DNA of 38,299 nt from a virus (Duplodnaviria > Caudoviricetes): positions 1 through 38,299 of IMG/VR virus record IMGVR_UViG_3300043707_000018; one strand, 5' to 3'. Positions 28,806 through 34,939 of this stretch are shown here, piece by piece; position 1 is the stretch's first letter; each line of letters begins with the position of its first letter. The position numbers and the translations under genes are program-made. The notes below the pieces were generated by a model. The model ran no database searches, was not told where the DNA came from, and worked only from the letters and a program-made list of their open reading frames with translations.

Positions 28806-30406
28806 ATCTTCCAACGCTTTCCTCCATTGGCTGCTAGGATCGCGGATAGTTCCTTTATCAACGAACTCTGATCCCAAGCAACAGCGGCTTCTCCGCTGAG
28901 GGTCTGTGTGACGATCTCTCGCTTTCTCTCTACGATCTCAGCAAAGAACTCATCAACTGTCCCAACAGCGACGAAGTAAGTAACATTGATTGACTGTGCC
29001 GTGCTCCCTGGTCGTGGGAAGCGCGCTTCGCATTGCTCTTCGTTAGCGGGATTCCACTGCCTTTCGAGAATGATACAGTCTTGGCAAAACTGCAAATTGA
29101 GTCCCTCGCCAAACCCTAAGGTGCTGGCGATCATGACTCTCTTGCTTGGATTGTTCTTGAATTCTTGAACGCGCTCGAATCGTTGCTGTGCATCCAACTT
29201 AGCAGTCAATTGGATTGTTGGCTCAAGTTTCAATTCGTGGAGAATTGAATCCAACTTCTTAGCAAGATTCTCGCCGACGTCTATGTGGTGTACGAATATC
29301 GTAATCTTCTTATCCGTACCGCCTAGGAATTCCATGCAATGGTCGATGCATGGGTCGATTTTGGAGAGGCCGACCAAATGCCGCATCTTCGAGAGGAAAC
29401 CCATTATGTTCCCAGTGTCCTCGAAGCTTACGCTTGATCCTTCCTTCCACTGTTGGCTGTTGTACTCATTGCGGAACATCTTAAACTGATCCAAGTACTG
29501 TTTCTCAACAGCTTTGGACAGCTCGTGGAAAGAATACTGCCTATCTATCTTAGGCAGATCGGGCATTACTTCTTCTCGCTCACGACGAATGATAAAGCTC
29601 TTCGTCTTCTCTTTGAATCGCTCAGGATGAGCAAGGCCGCCCACTTTCCATCCGTACCCATTGTGGTATGAGTCACACTCGTACTTGATAAAACTCGTCT
29701 CACGCGGGAATATCTCCGGCTTCAATATATTGAGAACCGGAAAATACTCTGCAGCATGATTCTTAATGGGGGTCCCACTAAGAGCAATCACGTTCTTAAC
29801 CTTGCTGCAAAGTGCGCGCGTGTTCTTTGTCCTATCAGCACCAGAGGATTTGATCTGTTGGCACTCATCCAACACGATCGTTTTAATCTGCTTCTCAACC
29901 TGCTCCGTGAAATCGTCCCCCATGCGCCTCAACAAGTCATAGCTTATGATGTAACCAGCACAGCCAGGTAGCAACGACGTCTTTGATCCGTCAATAACTT
30001 GGGCGAACCATTTATCGCCGCCCCACCTCATTACTTCGTGCTGATACTGGTACTTCAAACTAGACTTGCCAATCCACAAAAAGGGAAGCATTTCATCCGG
30101 ATGTAGTACCAACGCCGACAGTGCTTGGACAGTCTTCCCAAGCCCCATCTCGTCGCCTAATAAACAACGGCCGCCCGACCTCTCAATAAACCGTACTCCC
30201 TCATTTTGGAAGGGATACAGTTTCTTGCCGTCCATGCTCCGTATATCTTCAGGCCGTGAAGAGTTAACGCCATTGCTTCCAATGACTTCCTCTTTCATCA
30301 TGTGACCACACTTGAGCATCCAAATGGTGTACTTGTCGAACGGATAAGCTTTTTGACCTTCCGCGACTTTCCCACATTGCTCACAGTATGTCTTAACGAA
30401 CGGCAC
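28802..30406 (-). CDS. SNF2-family (HARP/SMARCAL1-like) helicase/ATPase with N-terminal zinc ribbon
   Basis: LYPFQ, GDEMGLGKT, LDECQ, LSGTP, GEGLNL, WNPANEEQ; AAAGGAG RBS with GTG start. Confidence 0.9.
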   Translation of the reverse strand: MPFVKTYCEQCGKVAEGQKAYPFDKYTIWMLKCGHMMKEEVIGSNGVNSSRPEDIRSMDGKKLYPFQNEGVRFIERSGGRCLLGDEMGLGKTVQALSALVLHPDEMLPFLWIGKSSLKYQYQHEVMRWGGDKWFAQVIDGSKTSLLPGCAGYIISYDLLRRMGDDFTEQVEKQIKTIVLDECQQIKSSGADRTKNTRALCSKVKNVIALSGTPIKNHAAEYFPVLNILKPEIFPRETSFIKYECDSYHNGYGWKVGGLAHPERFKEKTKSFIIRREREEVMPDLPKIDRQYSFHELSKAVEKQYLDQFKMFRNEYNSQQWKEGSSVSFEDTGNIMGFLSKMRHLVGLSKIDPCIDHCMEFLGGTDKKITIFVHHIDVGENLAKKLDSILHELKLEPTIQLTAKLDAQQRFERVQEFKNNPSKRVMIASTLGFGEGLNLQFCQDCIILERQWNPANEEQCEARFPRPGSTAQSINVTYFVAVGTVDEFFAEIVERKREIVTQTLSGEAAVAWDQSSLIKELSAILAANGGKRWKI

Positions 30407-30428
30407 CCAGTAATTCTCCTTTCTTTAA

Positions 30429-30523
30429 GTAATGATAACACGAAGGACATAGCGAAGTCAATATGCCATTCGGCATACGAACGAAAGGCGAATAACCTCG
30501 CTCTATCCTTGACGTCATCTTAC
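30429..30523 (-). ncRNA. long imperfect intergenic hairpin upstream of the SNF2 RBS
   Basis: GUAA-GAUGAC...AAGGAUA-G-AGCGAGGUUA pairs with UGACUUCGCU-A-UGUCCUU...GUUAUC-A-UUAC; internal AUGCC/GGCAU hairpin. Confidence 0.6.
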
Positions 30524-30732
30524 GGCCTAAATGACCATGGACCGCTTAGGTCCGTCTTTGGCAATTCTACCTTAATAGCTCTGTTGATCTCTTGTTGGAG
30601 GTAGTTGCCATCTCCCTCCCTCAACGGGTAAACGATCTCGAACTCTTCGAGGGCATCGCTGTCACTAGCATCAATCATCCAGTGATCTAAAACAACGCCA
30701 TCCTCAGTCGTGAGCGTAAGTCGGAATCTCAT
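30520..30732 (-). CDS. hypothetical protein
   Basis: AAAGGA RBS, ATGA coupling. Confidence 0.7.
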   Translation of the reverse strand: MRFRLTLTTEDGVVLDHWMIDASDSDALEEFEIVYPLREGDGNYLQQEINRAIKVELPKTDLSGPWSFRP

Positions 30733-31046
30733 TCAATTCCTTTCTTGAAGTCTTCCGGCTTCAACTTGTTCACACTTGTCAGAAACTCCCGCGCCCCGGT
30801 ATGCTGACCGACTGTGGTGCTTCCGCTCAGCTTGCCCGGTCTATGTTCGAGAGCCTTAATAGCTTTGTCGCGGAGCTTCAAAGTCATCTCGTCAAAGTAC
30901 TTAATAGCATCATTAAGATGCTCGAAACTCTCGCATACTTTGCCGTCATCATACTCAACGTAGAAGTACCCTTGTCGATACTTCGTATCGAATAGGAGGT
31001 ACAAAGCTGCCACACCGTTGACAAGCAGTGTCTTCCTTTTAACCAT
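30729..31046 (-). CDS. hypothetical protein
   Basis: Start set at ATG 31046 (AAAGGAG). Confidence 0.7.
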   Translation of the reverse strand: MVKRKTLLVNGVAALYLLFDTKYRQGYFYVEYDDGKVCESFEHLNDAIKYFDEMTLKLRDKAIKALEHRPGKLSGSTTVGQHTGAREFLTSVNKLKPEDFKKGIE

Positions 31047-31062
31047 CTTTTTTCTCCTTTCA

Positions 31063-31174
31063 GAATCATAGTCCTCCATGAGTGGCATCGCTTGGGCCTG
31101 CGCGCTGAAGGGAAAGGAACCTTCGCTTGGCGGCTCCGTCGTATACCACTCATGCGGGACTATGAATCCCGCAT
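31063..31174 (-). ncRNA. long intergenic hairpin with a mutually exclusive 5' hairpin
   Basis: UCAUAGUCC-CG-CAUGAGUGGUAU pairs with AUGCCACUCAUG-GA-GGACUAUGA; alternative AUGCGGGAU/GUCCCGCAU hairpin at 31152-31174. Confidence 0.6.
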
Positions 31175-31178
31175 TGGC

Positions 31179-31364
31179 TCAGTTAACTTCCTCTACCTTT
31201 CTCCAGACGCCATCCTCACCTCTGGCGAAGGTGCCCATAGACTTGGCGCCTCTAGTGAGCTTCTGTTCTTCTCTGAGCCGTCTCAAAAGGTCAGTGAGGG
31301 ACCTCCGTTGGGACTTCTTAAGATCCCTGTTTTTCAGGGCCGTCTGTACTTCCTGGATTGTCAT
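31179..31364 (-). CDS. small basic hypothetical protein
   Basis: GAGG RBS; overlaps the upstream gene. Confidence 0.6.
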   Translation of the reverse strand: MTIQEVQTALKNRDLKKSQRRSLTDLLRRLREEQKLTRGAKSMGTFARGEDGVWRKVEEVN

Positions 31365-31875
31365 CTTTCTTTTCCTCTCTTTCGGACTGGGCTTTCCCGT
31401 ACTTTGCCATGAGGTCTGACATGTTCATCTTGAGCAGATCTTGCATGTTAACGCCTAACTTATTAGACATCTCAACAGCTTTGTCGGTCTTCTGTTTCGC
31501 TTTCGGTCGGCCGTTGGGTCCTTCTTGCTTGGAGATCTGAATCTTGCGGAGTTCCTTGCGTTCCTCCTCAGTCATCTTCTCCCAGTTCTCAGCTTTAACA
31601 GCACGTGCGGCGGCGATTCTGGTTTTGTGGACCTGCATCTCCTCTTCCATTCTCGCCGTCATTTCTTGAATGTGATTTTCTAGCTCCTCTGGAGATAGCT
31701 TGTAGCTGTAAGCGCGCTCGTCGTTCACGAGAGTCATGAATTTATCTTTGTCCTGCAAAGGCATGTTCCTATGCAACTGTGGACAAAATTTGCCGCCATC
31801 TACAAGAAACCACTTGTCACACTCAACGCCTTGTTCTGAGATGAAGTGACATCTTGTGTACTCATTACGAGGCAT
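31318..31875 (-). CDS. hypothetical protein with N-terminal C-C-C-H cluster and coiled coil
   Basis: Start ATG 31875; first gene after the promoter at 31952-31981. Confidence 0.7.
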   Translation of the reverse strand: MPRNEYTRCHFISEQGVECDKWFLVDGGKFCPQLHRNMPLQDKDKFMTLVNDERAYSYKLSPEELENHIQEMTARMEEEMQVHKTRIAAARAVKAENWEKMTEEERKELRKIQISKQEGPNGRPKAKQKTDKAVEMSNKLGVNMQDLLKMNMSDLMAKYGKAQSEREEKKDDNPGSTDGPEKQGS

Positions 31876-31912
31876 GATGATATGGTTTCGCCTTCCTTTC
31901 TCGCCCTGGGAC

Positions 31913-31951
31913 ATTGCTTGCGTATTGCTTGGACATAGCTGGGCTATAGCT
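31913..31951. repeat. four AT(T/A)GCT hexamers at exact 11-bp period
   Basis: Starts at 31913, 31924, 31935, 31946. Confidence 0.8.
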
Positions 31952-32005
31952 ATTATACCGCCCATGTATGGGCGGGTGCAAGCGGTTTATTTGCTTTGTT
32001 TTCAA
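31952..32005 (-). promoter_or_regulatory. sigma70-type promoter with palindromic spacer and upstream 15-bp element
   Basis: TTGCAC (31981-31976)-N18-TATAAT (31957-31952); spacer on + is CCGCCCAT-GT-ATGGGCGG; TTGAAAACAAAGCAA lies 9 bp upstream of the -35. Confidence 0.7.
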
Positions 32006-32103
32006 TGGTTTAGCTATGTAGGTTGCTACATAGCCCCCCCAGGGGGGGTTAGGCAAAATGGGGGAGTCGGTAAAAATTGCTTGGGTCGGGGAGGAGTAGT
32101 TAG

Positions 32104-32137
32104 ATATATAATATATATATATATATATGTATATATA
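32104..32137. repeat. (TA)n tract, candidate DNA-unwinding element
   Basis: ATATATAATATATATATATATATATGTATATATA between a G-rich left flank and a C-rich right flank. Confidence 0.85.
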
Positions 32138-32196
32138 CCCCTTACATACCATTCCCCTAACCCCCCTATTTTCAATGGTTTAGGGGGGTATTTCCT

Positions 32197-32245
32197 AGCA
32201 ATGCGCTAGCAATGGACCAGCAATACTCTAGCAATACTTTAGCAC
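32197..32245. repeat. five AGCAA(T)-type units at exact 11-bp period, inverted relative to the 31913 array
   Basis: Starts at 32197, 32208, 32219, 32230, 32241 (last is AGCAC). Confidence 0.85.
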
Positions 32246-32263
32246 ATCTCTGCAAGGGAAGGC

Positions 32264-32407
32264 TCAATTGTCGTTGGAAGTTTGGTGAGCTTTGAAAATG
32301 AGGATTTGTTTCTCAATAATCTTCAATCGACAGGCTAAACAAAGGTCGGCAGGTGATTCAACCTTGCGCTCGAATTCTTGTTGGCACTTAACGCAGACTT
32401 GAGTCAT
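32264..32407 (-). CDS. 47-aa zinc-ribbon protein (MTQVCVKCQQ...LCLACRL...), not in the ORF track
   Basis: CxxC...CxxC; starts 6 nt after the tRNA CCA, no SD. Confidence 0.5.
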   Translation of the reverse strand: MTQVCVKCQQEFERKVESPADLCLACRLKIIEKQILIFKAHQTSNDN

Positions 32408-32413
32408 AAATTT

Positions 32414-32502
32414 TGGTGAGTCGGGAGGGATTTGAACCCTCATCGTCCTATGGACGGCTAGTTTTACAGACTAGTGCAGCCAACCGTATCTGCCTCCAAC
32501 TC
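32414..32502 (-). tRNA. tRNA-Tyr (GTA), long variable arm, encoded CCA, atypical A8
   Basis: GAGTTGG/CCGACTC acceptor, GCAG/CTGC D-stem, CTAGT-CT GTA AA-ACTAG anticodon arm, CGTCC/GGACG variable arm, GAGGG-TTCAAAT-CCCTC T-arm, A-CCA; 89 nt. Confidence 0.9.
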
Positions 32503-32514
32503 ATGAGAACTCAT

Positions 32515-32580
32515 AAAGAATCCTTTGGTAGTGGCTCTGCGAGTCTATAGCCTCCAAAGCCACTCACCAAAATACTCTTT
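32515..32580 (-). ncRNA. long imperfect hairpin immediately 5' of the tRNA
   Basis: AAAGAGU-A-UUUUGGU-G-AGUGGCUUUG pairs with CAGAGCCACU-ACCAAAG-G-AUUCUUU. Confidence 0.6.
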
Positions 32581-32601
32581 GTAGGAGAGATTTACGCGGT
32601 A

Positions 32602-32796
32602 TTAACGCAACTCTCGCGCATGGTTGCTCCTTTCTAGAGTCTCCTCTTGAAGCTTGAGAATCCGTAGTTTCCACTTGGCACATGACAGCCAGTAATCACG
32701 GGTCACCTCAGAGTATCGAAACTCCCTGGCGAGCCTGAGATTGTCCATCAAGTGCTGGAATAGGCGGGGATATTTTTGGCGGGAAAGTTTTAACAT
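32602..32796 (-). CDS. hypothetical protein
   Basis: 64-aa ORF between two hairpin elements; weak RBS. Confidence 0.45.
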   Translation of the reverse strand: MLKLSRQKYPRLFQHLMDNLRLAREFRYSEVTRDYWLSCAKWKLRILKLQEETLERSNHARELR

Positions 32797-32803
32797 AGCG
32801 GTA

Positions 32804-32878
32804 CACAGCTTAAATCCTCATCGCATGAAGATTTAAGTTGTGGGTCGGCAGAACCTAAGTCCCACCGACCACCCACAA
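32804..32878 (-). other. two overlapping hairpins downstream of the 118-aa gene
   Basis: GGUCGGUGGGAC-UUAG-GUUCUGCCGACC (12 bp), then CACAACUUAAAUCUUCAU-GCG-AUGAGGAUUUAAGCUGUG. Confidence 0.6.
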
Positions 32879-32885
32879 TTGAGAA

Positions 32886-33242
32886 CTACGCGGACTGTTT
32901 CAAGGCGGAAAGACTCATCGTCTTCATCATTTCGATGAGCTGACGAGCCTCGTCCTTGGTCGTGGGCATACCGGCATCGTTCCGGAGAGTGACCAAGTCG
33001 TTGATGGCTTTCTCTGCCGCCGCTGCTGCTTTCGCCGGACCTGCCATGATCTTCTGACGAGCCTTCGCACGCTCTTCCAGATCGATCGCGTAATTGATGT
33101 TGCCAAGGACAGAGGACAAGCCTTTGTCGGATAGCATCGCTTCAATCACGTCATCGCGAGTCTCGAAGACTTGCTTCTCGAACTCCTGGGTAAACGTGTT
33201 CGTCCCGACTTTCGCTTCAGCAATCGCTTTGACAAGTTTCAT
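32886..33242 (-). CDS. hypothetical early protein
   Basis: Own near-consensus promoter and AAAAGGA RBS; C/G-ending codons more frequent than in late genes. Confidence 0.8.
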   Translation of the reverse strand: MKLVKAIAEAKVGTNTFTQEFEKQVFETRDDVIEAMLSDKGLSSVLGNINYAIDLEERAKARQKIMAGPAKAAAAAEKAINDLVTLRNDAGMPTTKDEARQLIEMMKTMSLSALKQSA

Positions 33243-33282
33243 ATTGGTATCCTTTTCGAATTAGGTAGCCTTTCATTTCTAC

Positions 33283-33331
33283 CTGAGAAAAGTATAGCGT
33301 GGCGCAAGCGCGGAGTCAATACTTTTCTCAG
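33283..33331 (-). promoter_or_regulatory. sigma70-type promoter flanked by a perfect 13-bp inverted repeat
   Basis: TTGACT (33319-33314)-N17-TATACT (33296-33291); CTGAGAAAAGTAT (33283-33295) / ATACTTTTCTCAG (33319-33331). Confidence 0.8.
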
Positions 33332-33371
33332 TAAGAAAGCAAGGTTTATTTGCTTTGAATTCATGAGGTTA

Positions 33372-33402
33372 GCGGCGCGCTTTAATTGATTGGGCGCGCC
33401 GC
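33372..33402. terminator. GC-rich hairpin after the 54-aa ORF, possible terminator
   Basis: GCGGCGCGC...GCGCGCCGC; no clear U-tract on the - strand. Confidence 0.35.
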
Positions 33403-33408
33403 CGCTTT

Positions 33409-33573
33409 TCAGAATACCGGCCGCATTTCGACTTCCACGTTCTCGTCATCGGAGTGGGAGTCTTCTAACTCTGACTTGCGCTGTAGAGCTTTGAACTCAC
33501 AGTACTCAAGCCAACGTTCGATGATACGTCCGGTATTCAATGCTCTTGCGAGCACAACGTACTTTTGTCGCAT
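33409..33573 (-). CDS. 54-aa hypothetical protein (MRQKYVVLARAL...EMRPVF), not in the ORF track
   Basis: AAAGGAG RBS 5 nt before ATG. Confidence 0.7.
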   Translation of the reverse strand: MRQKYVVLARALNTGRIIERWLEYCEFKALQRKSELEDSHSDDENVEVEMRPVF

Positions 33574-33585
33574 AGGACTCCTTTC

Positions 33586-33637
33586 AAGTCAAGCGTGGGC
33601 GTCGGGTACAGATCCCAATGCCCAGCCGCTTCACCTT
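33586..33637 (-). ncRNA. hairpin B of the G.G/5-bp/GC-bulge family
   Basis: GU-G-AAGCG-GC-UGGGC-A-UUGGG...CCCGA-C-GCCCA-CGCUU-G-AC. Confidence 0.65.
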
Positions 33638-33640
33638 TGG

Positions 33641-33871
33641 TCAGCAACCGTCGTAGTTGCGTGCGATCCAATCGTCATTGCAAATGTCGTCCTCACGAGG
33701 TTGAGGTCGGGGAACAGGCCGTAACTCAACATATTGGCCGTTCATTGACATCCCAAGCAATGCGTCTTGCCAAAAACGACGTGCTTGCTGTAAAGGCATG
33801 GCCGTCTCGTACAGGCGGACCCAACAATTGTCTTTCTTCTCGAATAGGCTGTAAAGCCTAGGTTGTTTCAT
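33641..33871 (-). CDS. hypothetical protein
   Basis: Start ATG 33871 with AAGGAG. Confidence 0.7.
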   Translation of the reverse strand: MKQPRLYSLFEKKDNCWVRLYETAMPLQQARRFWQDALLGMSMNGQYVELRPVPRPQPREDDICNDDWIARNYDGC

Positions 33872-33880
33872 ACGGTCTCC

Positions 33881-33931
33881 TTCAATCGTGGACCTCACGG
33901 GTTATCAAGCCATGAGATCCAGCCGATTCAA
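33881..33931 (-). ncRNA. hairpin A of the G.G/5-bp/GC-bulge family
   Basis: UU-G-AAUCG-GC-UGGAUCUCAUGG...CCGUGAGGUCCA-CGAUU-G-AA. Confidence 0.65.
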
Positions 33932-34083
33932 GACAGCCAAATTAGGCTGAAATTGTCTGTCCGCAAAACATCACCTTGACCCTCAACCGTTTTGGCTGTT
34001 ATGGCCGTCCTGTATCGCCCATTCTCGTTAGTTTGGATGATCCAAAGTTGGCCGTAGTGGTCACGTTCGATTGTTGTTGTCAT
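33928..34083 (-). CDS. 51-aa hypothetical protein (MTTTIERDHYGQLW...SLIWLS), not in the ORF track
   Basis: AAAGGA RBS; lies exactly between hairpins C and A. Confidence 0.65.
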   Translation of the reverse strand: MTTTIERDHYGQLWIIQTNENGRYRTAITAKTVEGQGDVLRTDNFSLIWLS

Positions 34084-34096
34084 ACTGAATGTCCTT

Positions 34097-34168
34097 TCAA
34101 CATTCAACCTCCTGCGCGCCGTAACCCTTGCGAGCAGGTTACAGCGTACAGGGCAGGCTCAATGCTGA
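34097..34168 (-). ncRNA. hairpin C of the G.G/5-bp/GC-bulge family
   Basis: UCAGCAUU-G-AGCCU-GC-CCUGUACGCUGUAACCU...GGGUUACGGCGCGCAGG-AGGUU-G-AAUGUUGA. Confidence 0.65.
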
Positions 34169-34176
34169 CAAAGCGA

Positions 34177-34241
34177 AAGCCACTAGCTTTCGGTCGGCGC
34201 GTTACGCTTGATAGCGTGCGCTTCCTACTCACTAGCGGCTT
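34177..34241 (-). ncRNA. hairpin with loop-E/sarcin-ricin-like internal loop
   Basis: AAGCCGCUAGU-GAGUA-GG...CC-GAAA-GCUAGUGGCUU, with GCGC/GCGC and ACGCU/AGCGU upper stems. Confidence 0.55.
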
Positions 34242-34862
34242 AACGGATGTCCTATCAACTACTCAGGCGCCACGCGTGCCAGATTTATTAGGCGCCGTCC
34301 AACTAACCCATGCGCCGGGCAAGATATTTGATGTCTTTCACCTTGCACTTGCCCGGATTCGCTTTCGCAATGCAGTGCTACTAAGCGCGCCTCGCAGCCG
34401 CTCCTCGCAACAGTTTTATGGGCCACTTGTTGTACAGAGGTGACGTCCATGCTACTCACCGAACCTGCCCTTTGGGCCGACAGACAATCTCTGAGCTAAC
34501 CAAACGGAGGGAATTCATGCGCGCGTGGTTCGCGCTGCTTGGTCTAGTTCAACTGCCTTCACAAGATTGGACGCCGCCCGGGCGAGGAAAGATTCAACTT
34601 TCTTTGGACCTAAAATTGCAGCGCGGCGCGCATTTTGCCAGTCGTCGCACCCGACTAAAGTGGTAGTCTATGGCCAGGGGCCTCCAGGATTTGGACCTCC
34701 CCGTGCTCCCCCGCACGTTTGGGTCCACAGGGACTCCGGAGGCGTGTAAACCCCTATCGCGTACCTAAGCTTTGCAACCCGATCTCGACCCAACCGATAA
34801 TTTACAAATTTTCGATTAAGTCTTCATGCAATGAAGCATTATCCCTGTTTTTTCGTAAATTT

Positions 34863-34915
34863 TTGAAAACAAAGCAATTATTCTTCTTGACTTCACTACC
34901 CCCTTACCCTATAAT
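34863..34915 (+). promoter_or_regulatory. sigma70-type promoter of the terminase/late operon with upstream 15-bp element
   Basis: TTGACT (34887-34892)-N17-TATAAT (34910-34915); TTGAAAACAAAGCAA at 34863-34877. Confidence 0.8.
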
Positions 34916-34939
34916 GAAACTTAGGGGCATTGTATCTAT

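Noticed and set aside
31856-32209. ORFs 31856..32209 (+) and 31865..32152 (-)
   Set aside because: They translate the (TA)n tract (YIYIYI) and the promoter/repeat region; almost certainly non-coding.
32414-32460. tRNA 3' end as attP of a temperate phage
   Set aside because: No integrase, clear repressor or duplicated att sequence in the window.
34177-34241. Hammerhead ribozyme (UGAG...GAAA)
   Set aside because: No CUGANGA core or three-stem junction; loop E fits better.
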